Below are positions 40,016 through 49,706 of a stretch of DNA of 64,000 nucleotides, piece after piece. The stretch is taken from NCBI GenBank assembly GCA_963665275.2, contig CAXXIN010000003.1, forward strand, positions 160,001 to 224,000. The letters run 5' to 3'. The stretch comes from Negativicutes bacterium (GTDB lineage Bacteria; Bacillota; Negativicutes; UBA1444). A model generated the notes under the pieces. That model made no database searches and was not told where the DNA came from. It saw only the letters and a program-made list of their open reading frames with translations. The translations under genes were made by a program, and so were the position numbers. Positions within the stretch are counted from its first letter, which is position 1, and the number at the start of each line of letters is the position of its first letter.

Positions 40016-41356
40016 TTATGATTCAAGATATTGTTTCAAATCGACTTCCGGATATTTAACCCGCTCCAGGCCCTTGCTATCCTCACTCAACGTCGCATCA
40101 ATCCCCATTTTGGTCTGCACGCCGCGATGATCGGAGCACGGATCCAACTCATGTCCCTGCGCGTTGGGAATGTAAAAAATGTCCCGCTCCGGAATGACCC
40201 GGTTGGAAACCGCCCACATGACATCCGCCGCATTGAAAATATCCACGTCTTCATCGACAACGATTACATTTTTGATATTGACGTAGGTGATCATCGCCGC
40301 CAGAGCTACATTCTTGGGTTCGCCCGGATTTTTTTTCTTCATCTGGATAATCGCCATGAACCCGCTGCCGTAGGGCGGGATATGAACATTGACGACGCCG
40401 GAGCTGACATACTTGGCGAACTTCTTCAGCAAGGGTTCGCGGGGCAAAACATTGCCCAAATTGATATGTTCGAAGGAAGCGCCATTGATGGTCTGGTAAA
40501 TAGCATCCGTACGATGCGTAATTGCAGTAACTTTCAGGATCGGGCTGCTCCAGGGCCGACTGTAGTGTCCTGTGAACTCGCCGAGAGGCCCCTCGTCCTC
40601 CCGTTGATACGGCTGAATTTCTCCCTCGATCACGAACTCGGCGGTGGCCGGAACATAGATATCCGAAGTAATGCATTTCACTACATCGATAGCTTTGCCT
40701 CGGATCGCCCCGGCGATTTCCGTTTCGTCGCCATCATATCGGAGCCCGGCGGCGATATAGATGACCGGGTCTGCGCCGCAAACCACGGCGATGGGCAACG
40801 GTTTTCCCTCTTTTTCAGCCTCATCATAGAAATCTTTCAAGTGCCGCCACTCGTTGATCATGATGCCGAGGGTGTTCTTCCCCTTGACCTGCATGCGCTG
40901 GAATGACAAGTTTTGCCGTAAGTCATGCAGTCCCTTGCTGACGACTACGCCGCCGGTGATGAACGGGCCGCCGTCTTTGGGCGCATGCTGGGGGATAGGG
41001 ATGCGATTCAGGTCGACCGCATCGCCCTGAATAATATGCTCCTGGCAAGGCGCCGCTGCCGTAACGTTCGGCTTAATCGGTTTTTCCAGGCACTCCGCCA
41101 GATAATCGTTGATTCGTTCCTTGGGGCAGCCCAGCGCAAGTGAAATCCGGTCCATCGACCCCAAAATTCCACCACAGGCCTGAAACTCTCTATCCTTCAC
41201 CTTAGCGAACAATCCCGCGCCGCGATCCTGCTTTTCCAGCGTCGCCAATACAGAGCCGAGTTCATACTGCCAGTTCACTTCCTTTGGAATCGTTGCCAGC
41301 TGATTATTTTGCCGCAGCAGCTCCAGAAAAGATCTCAAATCGTTGATTTCATTCAT
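40016..41356 (-). CDS. UbiD-family prFMN-dependent (de)carboxylase
   Basis: DLRSFL, QRMQ, EGPLGEFTGHY, VVDEDVD, ELDP, KMGIDAT; start 41356 by AGGAG RBS. Confidence 0.93.
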   Translation of the reverse strand: MNEINDLRSFLELLRQNNQLATIPKEVNWQYELGSVLATLEKQDRGAGLFAKVKDREFQACGGILGSMDRISLALGCPKERINDYLAECLEKPIKPNVTAAAPCQEHIIQGDAVDLNRIPIPQHAPKDGGPFITGGVVVSKGLHDLRQNLSFQRMQVKGKNTLGIMINEWRHLKDFYDEAEKEGKPLPIAVVCGADPVIYIAAGLRYDGDETEIAGAIRGKAIDVVKCITSDIYVPATAEFVIEGEIQPYQREDEGPLGEFTGHYSRPWSSPILKVTAITHRTDAIYQTINGASFEHINLGNVLPREPLLKKFAKYVSSGVVNVHIPPYGSGFMAIIQMKKKNPGEPKNVALAAMITYVNIKNVIVVDEDVDIFNAADVMWAVSNRVIPERDIFYIPNAQGHELDPCSDHRGVQTKMGIDATLSEDSKGLERVKYPEVDLKQYLES

Positions 41357-41400
41357 ATCACACACTCCTGCTCCATTTTTTGATTCGCCTGCACATCCAT

Positions 41401-42699
41401 TTAGGCAAGCACCCTGTTCAAATATTGCCCCTGTCCCCCCAGAAAAACCCCGTCCCGAACTACGAAATTCCCCCGGCAAAGCGTGTCTCTCACCTTGCCG
41501 GTTACAGACATCCCCGCATAAGGTGAATAAACATTGTCCCGAGAACGAATTGGCTCCATCATTGCCGGATCATAGACCACGATATCCGCATCCGACCCCG
41601 GCAGAAGAGTTCCTTTACGCGGGTACAAACCGTGCGCTTGCGCAACATTTTTCGTAAATTTATCGATGATCTTCGCCCCGAAACGCTGGTACATGAGGGC
41701 AAAGGCGTGATCCATTCCGCCGATCCCCATGGGAATATCTCCGGTATATGCATGTTTTTTGTCGATGTCATGAAAGGCGCAATGATCGCTTCCTATCGTA
41801 TGAATCCTGTCGATTTGCTCTGCGAGCTGGTCCGATTCCGACTGAGAGCGCAGCGGCGGCGTCATGGTGAACAGGTAACCGTTGCGCCTGATATAGCATT
41901 CTGAGGAAAGCGAGAAATAGTGCGGACAACTCTCGAGAATCACATTGGTTCCCAGCAACTGGCCGTAATTTTCACGCAGGCGGGCTACTGTCGTCCCGCA
42001 ACTCACATGAACAATATACAACCAACCGTCCCGATAATTCGCCATCTCAGCCAACTTGACCACTTCGCTGATTTCGGCCAGAGCGGGACGCGAGAGTTCA
42101 TGGTCACGCACGAGAACTTTGCCTTTGTTCAACAATCCGTCATTTTCCGCATGCACCAACACACGAATGCGTTCCACCTTGGAAATCTCAAGCATGTTGT
42201 CGATGAACGCGTCGGAGGAAAAGCAGCCCTGCTCCACATAAGTCGTATAGAGTTTCATAGTAGGCATGCCCAGTTCTTTAGCCTTACGGACCATCGATAA
42301 TGCGGTATCTTTGGGATTGGCCGCCGATGCATGCAGGGAATAATCAACCACGCTGCTCGTCGCCAATTCCCGGCGCCGCTGAAAAAGCTGTTCCAAGTGC
42401 TCCACCGAACCGGCGCAATCCAAAAAATCGATGAAGGTTGTCACTCCCCCCATAGCCGCCGCTACCGACCCGCTGTAGAAAGTGTCCGCCGTCGTATATT
42501 TTCCCGCATCCATCGAGAAATGTACATGGGGATCGATAAATCCGGGCAAAACCATTTTTCCGGCAACGTCATATTCTTGGCGGCATGCGGCAAAGCCTTC
42601 AGATATTGCAGCAATTTTACCGCTTTTCACGTATAGATTCCCGCATGTCCAGCTTCCATCCTGATAAATTTCGCCGTTGAGGATTCCCAAATCATACAT
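41401..42699 (-). CDS. Dihydropyrimidinase/hydantoinase-like cyclic amidohydrolase
   Basis: PGFIDPHVH, KLYTTY (carbamylated Lys), VHAEN, IVHVS, PPLR, GSDHCAF. Confidence 0.88.
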   Translation of the reverse strand: MYDLGILNGEIYQDGSWTCGNLYVKSGKIAAISEGFAACRQEYDVAGKMVLPGFIDPHVHFSMDAGKYTTADTFYSGSVAAAMGGVTTFIDFLDCAGSVEHLEQLFQRRRELATSSVVDYSLHASAANPKDTALSMVRKAKELGMPTMKLYTTYVEQGCFSSDAFIDNMLEISKVERIRVLVHAENDGLLNKGKVLVRDHELSRPALAEISEVVKLAEMANYRDGWLYIVHVSCGTTVARLRENYGQLLGTNVILESCPHYFSLSSECYIRRNGYLFTMTPPLRSQSESDQLAEQIDRIHTIGSDHCAFHDIDKKHAYTGDIPMGIGGMDHAFALMYQRFGAKIIDKFTKNVAQAHGLYPRKGTLLPGSDADIVVYDPAMMEPIRSRDNVYSPYAGMSVTGKVRDTLCRGNFVVRDGVFLGGQGQYLNRVLA

Positions 42700-43789
42700 G
42701 ATGGGATTCAGGCCCGGCCACAGTCAAAGCCTGGGTTGGGCACACTGACGCGCATAGTCCGCAGTCACGGCATTCCCTCTCATTAACGGACATCTCTTTC
42801 CCTGCAGTTAAAGTTCGGGCCTGATAGCAGCAGACTTTCACGCATTGACCGCAGCCCGTGCATCGTCCGGCATCATACGCGAACTCGATCCGCCCGGTTT
42901 GCTCGGCCGCCGTCAGAAAAGGAATTGCTTTGCCGGAAACTGCGGCGACATCGGCATACCCGAGCTTTTTCAACAAGTCTGCCGTTTCCTGCCGCAACGC
43001 ACCTAGGTATTCCGGCCCCCGTAGAATCAGGGCCGAACAAAGTCCGACGAAATTCGCGCCAGCCATCAGCATTTCCAGCACATCCGCCGCGTCAGTTACG
43101 CCACCCAATCCAATAATCGGGCACGTCAGAACCTGCCGCAGTTCAGCCACCCGTTGCAGAACCATCGGTTTGATGGCGCTGCCGGATAACCAGCCTGCCC
43201 CACCGACTCCGCCCAACAAGGGTCTGCCTGTACGAATATCAATACGCAGCACGGGTCCGACGGAGTCACAAGCCGTAACCGCATCCGCTCCTGCAGCCAC
43301 GCACCGGCGGGCAATTTCCGCCAGATTGCGCCCATTCGGAGATAACTTCACCAGAATCGGGCAGCCCACCCGTCGCCGCGCATCCGCCACCATCGGCGCC
43401 AAATCCGCTTCATCATAGGACACCAATTCAACCATGGCCGCTCCGGCCTCTACCACCTTTTCCACGAGACGAGACGATTCCGGCAGTGTGTGGCCGACGC
43501 TGGCAATCACGACCACTCCGGCCTGATGCGCCTGGGGAATTTCCGACGCAATCCACGCTTCCGGCGGCAAATCGGCCCATTTCTCGCAATTCACCAAGGA
43601 ATCGCGCGAGTTTCTCACCATATGGGGAATCGGATTGATGCACGCTTCCAGTCGGATCGTCTTGGTAACCACGGCTCCGGTTCCGGCCCGATGCAGCCGC
43701 AGCATTCCCGCCGCATTATAGCTCAGGGGTCCTGAAGCCGCGATAAACGGAGATTGCAACGCAACCCCGCACAAATCAAATGCGGACAT
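42692..43789 (-). CDS. DHODH/PreA-like FMN oxidoreductase with C-terminal 2x[4Fe-4S]
   Basis: ASGP, VVTKT, VKLSPN, LSGSAIKP, IGLGGV, two CxxCxxCxxxC motifs. Confidence 0.85.
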   Translation of the reverse strand: MSAFDLCGVALQSPFIAASGPLSYNAAGMLRLHRAGTGAVVTKTIRLEACINPIPHMVRNSRDSLVNCEKWADLPPEAWIASEIPQAHQAGVVVIASVGHTLPESSRLVEKVVEAGAAMVELVSYDEADLAPMVADARRRVGCPILVKLSPNGRNLAEIARRCVAAGADAVTACDSVGPVLRIDIRTGRPLLGGVGGAGWLSGSAIKPMVLQRVAELRQVLTCPIIGLGGVTDAADVLEMLMAGANFVGLCSALILRGPEYLGALRQETADLLKKLGYADVAAVSGKAIPFLTAAEQTGRIEFAYDAGRCTGCGQCVKVCCYQARTLTAGKEMSVNERECRDCGLCASVCPTQALTVAGPESHHV

Positions 43790-45136
43790 TTATAATCCCT
43801 CCCAAAAGTGAAATGCGGTTTGCCGCATCTCAGCCAGCGCCCGTTCTTCGTCAAAGGTTTCCAAAACGCCCTTTAGCATCAGAGGCATCCCGTTAGCAAA
43901 TACACTGTCGATGTATTCTTTGCGCCCAAAAATCACGATCTGATCCATGATATTTTCCCGCGTAACAGGAGTCGGGAACTGCTGCTTCATGACCACGAAA
44001 TCCGCCCATTGGCCGGGGTGCAGAGTTCCCGCCTTATCCCAGCCCAAAGCCTTGGCCCCCAATTCCGTAGCCATCCGAAAAACCTGTCTGGCCGGCATGA
44101 GCTGCGGGTCCTGACAATTGGCTTTGTGGATCAGAAACGCGCCCCGCATGACTTCGAAAAAATCATTGATATATCCGTCGCTGCCTAGTCCGATAGTCAT
44201 CCCCGCCGCCAACATCTGCGGCACTGGCGCTATGCCCCCGCCGACTTCGCAATTGCTCAGAGGCATGTGCACGCCGTGAACTCCGGCCGCAGCCAAAATC
44301 GCCTGCTCCGTCTTATTGACCTGCACGCATTGGGAAGCAATCAGGCTGGAGCTAAGCAATCCCAGATCATTATAATATTCCACCGGTGTCTTGCCAAAAT
44401 GTTGCCGGCAATAGTCCGGTTCGTAACGACTCTCGGAGAGATGAAACTGCCATCGGGCCGATAGTCCATCCGCCATTGTTTTTGCCGCCGCCAAAAAATC
44501 CGCTGAACAGGTAAAAGTCGTGTGAGTGCAGAGAGCCCCTTCAACCAAACAGCTATTATGATTCGCCCAACGGATCAAGGAAGCGTTTTCCTCCAGGCAG
44601 TCCCTGCCATTCTCCGGACTGAGCCGTTCGCAGCTTTCAAGGGACAAAATCGCCCGCAGTCCGATTTTCTCGACTGCCAGAGCCTGTTCGCGTAGTACCC
44701 CCGCACCGGCAAACGGAGCTTCCAAGGTGTCACAAAAGCCGGTGGTTCCGCTGCGAATCATTTCCGCTGCCGACGCATAGGTTGTTGCTATTACTTCCGG
44801 TATACGGATGCGATTTTCCACTCGGGGCCACCAATAGTCCTTAAGGAAACTTTCAAAAGAAGCAATCTTCCCCGGCGCAGGAATTCCATGCGCCAACAGC
44901 CCGTACTGATGCATATGGGCATTGATAAAGCCAGGGAAAACGATTTGATCTGTCGCATCCACAACGGAACCTCGTCCCATTGCCGCGAGTTCTTGCTCGA
45001 TAGCCGCATTCGGCAATATTTTTTTTACCCAGCCATTTTCGATGATCAGCCCGTGATTTTCATAGACCACATCAGCAGAAACAACGAGAAAGCGAGCTTT
45101 CACAGCCAACATATCCGTCATCCTTCCACGCCTCAT
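43790..45136 (-). CDS. Amidohydrolase-family deaminase (SsnA/cog0402-like)
   Basis: PGFINAHMH, HLSE, HMPLSN, GSDG; start uncertain (45112-45136). Confidence 0.88.
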   Translation of the reverse strand: MRRGRMTDMLAVKARFLVVSADVVYENHGLIIENGWVKKILPNAAIEQELAAMGRGSVVDATDQIVFPGFINAHMHQYGLLAHGIPAPGKIASFESFLKDYWWPRVENRIRIPEVIATTYASAAEMIRSGTTGFCDTLEAPFAGAGVLREQALAVEKIGLRAILSLESCERLSPENGRDCLEENASLIRWANHNSCLVEGALCTHTTFTCSADFLAAAKTMADGLSARWQFHLSESRYEPDYCRQHFGKTPVEYYNDLGLLSSSLIASQCVQVNKTEQAILAAAGVHGVHMPLSNCEVGGGIAPVPQMLAAGMTIGLGSDGYINDFFEVMRGAFLIHKANCQDPQLMPARQVFRMATELGAKALGWDKAGTLHPGQWADFVVMKQQFPTPVTRENIMDQIVIFGRKEYIDSVFANGMPLMLKGVLETFDEERALAEMRQTAFHFWEGL

Positions 45137-46056
45137 TCGTAGATCAATTTTTGGCGCGTATATATGAATCCATTGTGATATCCCAACATGAGCAGCGCAG
45201 CATGCGGATGGTTTTCAGTCGTAAAAGGAGAATTTTTCCCTAAAGCAAAATCCCCGCCCACATGTACCCCTGAATAATTCAAAAAGAATTCATCCAACAG
45301 CTCTTTTCCCATCAGATGCCAAATATAGCCGGGGGCTTCCACGCTTAGATTCTTGATGCCTCCTTGCCGCAATATCCGCAACGCTTCCGTGGTGTCGGCA
45401 GTTTCTCCAGCGCCGGCAGCGATGATTTGAATGCAATCGTGTTCGCGCAACAGCGGTTCGCCCTCAGTCACCACCCTGCATTTTCGCCCAAGCTGTCTGC
45501 TGAGGTACTCGGCGCCGGCCTGCGAAGTCAGAATGCCGACCGAGGGGTGCATGTCCAAGATGGAATGCTCCAGTGGAACATCCTTTCCATCCGCCGATGC
45601 GATAATCGACCATGGTTGCGCAGTCTTTTTTTGCAAAACGGAATGACGAGCCTCGACCAGCTCCGGGTCGCTGACTTCAGCGAACCACTGTTTGTTCAGC
45701 CGCGTCCGTAGCGTATTACAGCCGAGAATGACCGCATCCGCATAAGTTCGGCACACATTCATCAGCCAGAAATCCGTCAGCGAACCGACGGGATCCAGTC
45801 GATTTTCCTTTGAGACCAAATGCCCTTCCTGATTATCCGGAAAAGCCATCTTGCCGTCAAACGACAACACCATGCAGCCATAGGTATACGGACGATCTGC
45901 CGCCGCTTCCGGAAATACCACTTCCCCCATGACTTGTTTGATTTTTGTCGGGGTTTGCAGCACCGCCGCTTGCTTTATGACATCCTGCATGCGTTCCGGG
46001 CAAGGCTGTATATTCACAAAAGCCATCTCTGTCGCTTTATATTTTGTTTCTTGCAT
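45133..46056 (-). CDS. RibD C-terminal/DHFR-fold reductase-like protein
   Basis: RPYTYGCMVLSFDGK, ADAVILGCNT, LSVEAPG, LLDEFFL resemble RibD_C motifs. Confidence 0.7.
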   Translation of the reverse strand: MQETKYKATEMAFVNIQPCPERMQDVIKQAAVLQTPTKIKQVMGEVVFPEAAADRPYTYGCMVLSFDGKMAFPDNQEGHLVSKENRLDPVGSLTDFWLMNVCRTYADAVILGCNTLRTRLNKQWFAEVSDPELVEARHSVLQKKTAQPWSIIASADGKDVPLEHSILDMHPSVGILTSQAGAEYLSRQLGRKCRVVTEGEPLLREHDCIQIIAAGAGETADTTEALRILRQGGIKNLSVEAPGYIWHLMGKELLDEFFLNYSGVHVGGDFALGKNSPFTTENHPHAALLMLGYHNGFIYTRQKLIYE

Positions 46057-46079
46057 CCAATTTTCTCCTCACCGACGTT

Positions 46080-47009
46080 CTATTTTCCTTCCTTGGCATA
46101 GGCTTTTCCCATCGCGCCAGGCCCCACCGTGCGACCGACAACGCCGGCCAGCACCAACATCGTCAGCACATACGGCAGCATCAGAAAAAATTGATAGGGG
46201 ATTTCAATACCGAACGCCTGCAGCCGAAGTTGCAGGGCTTCCGCCGCACCGAATAAAAGCGAGGCGCCAAAGATTCCGAACGGATTCCACTTGCCGACAG
46301 TGACGGTGGACCAGGCAACATAGCCGCGCCCGGCCGTCATTTTTTCCATGAAAACAGACAACTGGGCAATCGACAAAAACGCCCCGCCGAGCCCGCCCAG
46401 CAATCCAGAAATAATAATCGCCGTATAGCGGGTTTTTATTACGTTGATCCCCACACTGTCAGCTGCCCGCGGATGCTCGCCCACGGCTCGCAATGCCAGC
46501 CCGAACGGCGTGCGATAAATCACATAATAGCAAATGGGAACCAATAGAAAGGCGATGTAAACCAACGGATTCTGGTTGAAGAAAATCTTCCCCACCACAG
46601 GAATGTCACTGAGAAAGGGAATCGGCACATCCTGAAAGGCCACAACCTTGGAGGGTTTCCCGCCGATTCCGAATAGAATATTCAGCAGATAGCTGCTCAA
46701 CCCCAGGAACAGAATATTGATTCCAGTGCCTGCAACCACTTGGTCCACCTTGGCCGTAATGCTCATGAATCCCAGAATCAAAGACGCCATCATGCCGCCC
46801 AACATCCCCATTAGCGCGCCCACCCAAGGGCTTCCCGATATGTAGGAGCCGTAGACGCCCATGAATGCGCCCATGATCATGATTCCTTCCAGGGCAAAAT
46901 TGATAATTCCTGCCCTGGCTGTGAACAACCCGCCCAGGCCCGCCAGCACAATCGGAGTACTCATCCGTATGGTGGCCTGAATAAATCCCATGATGTTATT
47001 TGCATCCAT
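46080..47009 (-). CDS. Nucleoside-type (CUT2/BMP) ABC permease
   Basis: GIINFALEG, LRAVGEHP, TAGRGY, LPYVLT. Confidence 0.9.
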   Translation of the reverse strand: MDANNIMGFIQATIRMSTPIVLAGLGGLFTARAGIINFALEGIMIMGAFMGVYGSYISGSPWVGALMGMLGGMMASLILGFMSITAKVDQVVAGTGINILFLGLSSYLLNILFGIGGKPSKVVAFQDVPIPFLSDIPVVGKIFFNQNPLVYIAFLLVPICYYVIYRTPFGLALRAVGEHPRAADSVGINVIKTRYTAIIISGLLGGLGGAFLSIAQLSVFMEKMTAGRGYVAWSTVTVGKWNPFGIFGASLLFGAAEALQLRLQAFGIEIPYQFFLMLPYVLTMLVLAGVVGRTVGPGAMGKAYAKEGK

Positions 47010-48117
47010 TCAAATCATCCTCCCGGGTCATCCGAGTTGATACCCGAACTATGTAATTGCGAAATAGCGCATCCATCAAAACAAACAGAATGACGAGTCC
47101 CTGGATAACGAACACCAATGAAGCCGGAACCTGAACGGTACGTTGCATCATGTTGGCGCCAACCCGCAATGCCCCGAAAAACAGGGACGCAATTACGACG
47201 CCGGCTGGGTGCAGTTTACCCAGCAAGGCAACTGCCATCGCATCAAATCCGTACTCGGAGCTAAAGCCATTCATCAGGCGATGGTGCAGAGCAGAAATTT
47301 CGACCATTCCCGCCAGCCCCGCAAAAACCCCTGACAAGCTCATCGCCAAAATCAGGTTCTTTTGCACATGAATGCCGCTGTTCTTCGCCGCCGTCTGGCT
47401 AAAGCCGACAGCCCGCATCTGGTACCCGATCGGTGAGCGCCACAACAGGAAATATACGACCAATACACTGATTATGGCAATGCCTACCCCTGCATGCAAC
47501 CGCGTCCCTGTCACGAGCGGGGGAAGCCACGCTTCCGGCGCAATCATGGCGGATTGGGGGAAATATCCCGGCGGTTCACGCAGGGGAACATCCAACAGAT
47601 AGGCTACAAAAAAGATGGCCACATAGTTCAGCATAATCGTATTGATGACTTCGGAAACGCCCAGTCTCGCCTTGAGATATCCGGGAATCGCACCCCACAG
47701 ACCGCCTCCGAGCATTCCTGCGATCATAACGATCGGCAGGATGATAAGCCCTGGCAATCCCTGAAAATAAATACCGGCCAGTGTAGCGAATAGAGCGCCT
47801 ATGATCATCTGCCCCTCTGAACCTACAGACACCAGACCTGTACGATAGGAAATGGTCAGCCCCAAAGCAGCCAACAACAGCGGCGTTGCTTTGACAAGCG
47901 TTTCTGAAAAGCTGCGGAAACTTCCAAACGCTCCATCCCACATGCTGGCATAGGCTTCGATCGGATTGGCGCCTGACGCCATGACAATCAGCGACGCCAC
48001 TAGCAGCGCAAGCGTCAGGGCAACCACCGGCCCCATAATCTCGGGCAGCAGTTTAACAATTTTTTGCTTCCGCTCAATTTCGATGCGGAACTTTCCCAGA
48101 TTCAGACCCATTTGCAT
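46996..48117 (-). CDS. Nucleoside-type ABC permease
   Basis: GSEGQ, EVINTIMLNY, GFDAMAVALLG. Confidence 0.9.
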   Translation of the reverse strand: MQMGLNLGKFRIEIERKQKIVKLLPEIMGPVVALTLALLVASLIVMASGANPIEAYASMWDGAFGSFRSFSETLVKATPLLLAALGLTISYRTGLVSVGSEGQMIIGALFATLAGIYFQGLPGLIILPIVMIAGMLGGGLWGAIPGYLKARLGVSEVINTIMLNYVAIFFVAYLLDVPLREPPGYFPQSAMIAPEAWLPPLVTGTRLHAGVGIAIISVLVVYFLLWRSPIGYQMRAVGFSQTAAKNSGIHVQKNLILAMSLSGVFAGLAGMVEISALHHRLMNGFSSEYGFDAMAVALLGKLHPAGVVIASLFFGALRVGANMMQRTVQVPASLVFVIQGLVILFVLMDALFRNYIVRVSTRMTREDDLNGCK

Positions 48118-49643
48118 TCACCCGCCTCTTTGCGGGCGCCGGCGCCACCCATCATCAACCCGATATCCGTCATGGAAACCTGTCCAGGAACAAACTCGCC
48201 CATAATTTTCCCCTCATAGAGTACGACAACGCGATCAGAGACCAACAGCACTTCATCCAGATCCGCCGATATCATCAACACTGCAGCACCCTTTTCTTTT
48301 TCTGCCAATAGTCGGCGATGAACGAATTCCGTTGCTCCGATATCCAGCCCACGCGTCGGTTGCACCGCGAGTATAAAATGCGGATCCCGGCTTATTTCCC
48401 GCGCCAGCACTACTTTTTGCTGATTACCGCCCGAAAAATTCCGCACCAGCGCATCATGGCACGGCGGCCTCACATCGAACTCCTGCACCAGGTTTTTGCT
48501 TATTTCATCCATAGCCCGGGGGTAAAACACCCCGCGTATTGTAATCGGCTCATGATCATAAGTGTCCAGCGCCATATTCTCTGATACGGTAAAATCCAGT
48601 ACCAGTCCTTGCTTTAGGCGGTCTTCAGGAATATGGGCCATTCCGAGCTCAATGCGCTCCCTGGTTGAAACAGCGGTAATATTGCGCTCGTTAAAAACCA
48701 CTTCACCCTGCTGCACCGGCCGTAGTCCCATGATGGCTTCCGCCAGTTCACGCTGCCCATTCCCGTCAACACCGGCCACTCCCACAATTTCGCCTTTGCG
48801 TACACAGAGCGAAAACTCTTTCAGCGAAGACACCGGCAAGTCTCCTGCTGCAAAAACGTTCTTCAATTCCATCCTGGATTCCTTGCATATGACTGGCGTT
48901 TTTTCATAGGACAGGACCACGCTGCGCCCTACCATCATCGCCGCCAGCTCCTCTTTCGTGACCGCTTCCGTCTCCACTACGTTTACCAGTTCACCCGCGC
49001 GCAGCACCGTCACCCGGTTGGATATCTGCATCACTTCCCATAGCTTGTGGGAAATAAAGATGACCGACTTTCCCAGCGCCACGAATTGCCGCAGAATCAC
49101 AAATAGCTCCTGCACCTCCAGCGGCGCCAGCACTGCCGTCGGTTCGTCGAGGATCAGAATATCCGCCCCGCGATAGAGAGCCTTGATGAGTTCAACCCGT
49201 TGCTGCGCACCCACCGATAAATCTTTAACCAAACTATGGGGATCAATGCAAAAATTGAACTTGGCGCTCAATTGCCGCACTTCTTCCACTGCTTTTTCTT
49301 TGTCAATCGGCATCAATCCGGTTGCCAGGCCCAAAATCACGTTTTCCACCACGCTAAGAGTCGGAACCAGCATAAAATGTTGATGCACCATTCCTACCCC
49401 CGCTTCGATGGCATCACGCGGCGACTTGATTCCCGTCTTTTGCCCCTTAATATATATTTCGCCGGAATCTTGCAGATAGAGCCCATAGAGTATATTCATC
49501 AAAGTTGTTTTCCCGGCGCCATTTTCCCCAAGCAACGCGTGAACTTCGCCCGGCTTTACGGACAAATCGACCCCCCGGTTGGCTACAACATTGGGGAATC
49601 GCTTCACGATATTTTTCATTTCCAGGATATACTGATTATCCAT
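48102..49643 (-). CDS. Nucleoside-type ABC ATP-binding protein (double NBD)
   Basis: GENGAGKT, DEPTAVL, SGGNQQK, QPTRGLD. Confidence 0.92.
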   Translation of the reverse strand: MDNQYILEMKNIVKRFPNVVANRGVDLSVKPGEVHALLGENGAGKTTLMNILYGLYLQDSGEIYIKGQKTGIKSPRDAIEAGVGMVHQHFMLVPTLSVVENVILGLATGLMPIDKEKAVEEVRQLSAKFNFCIDPHSLVKDLSVGAQQRVELIKALYRGADILILDEPTAVLAPLEVQELFVILRQFVALGKSVIFISHKLWEVMQISNRVTVLRAGELVNVVETEAVTKEELAAMMVGRSVVLSYEKTPVICKESRMELKNVFAAGDLPVSSLKEFSLCVRKGEIVGVAGVDGNGQRELAEAIMGLRPVQQGEVVFNERNITAVSTRERIELGMAHIPEDRLKQGLVLDFTVSENMALDTYDHEPITIRGVFYPRAMDEISKNLVQEFDVRPPCHDALVRNFSGGNQQKVVLAREISRDPHFILAVQPTRGLDIGATEFVHRRLLAEKEKGAAVLMISADLDEVLLVSDRVVVLYEGKIMGEFVPGQVSMTDIGLMMGGAGARKEAGECKWV

Positions 49644-49706
49644 AATTCCTCCTTATCAGGAGGGGAAAGGCCGCAAAACCATTCCCCTCCCTTTCGGTGA
49701 CCAAAA

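Noticed and set aside
41401-43789. Canonical reductive pyrimidine pathway (preTA-hydA-ureidopropionase)
   Set aside because: No PreT or beta-ureidopropionase, and the PreA-like protein lacks the catalytic Cys
35792-45136. Known anaerobic uric acid/2,8-dioxopurine cluster (xdh, ssnA, hyuA, ygfK, ygeWXY)
   Set aside because: ygeW, ygeX, ygeY, ygfK and carbamate kinase are absent, while UbiD/UbiX and RibD_C-like genes are present
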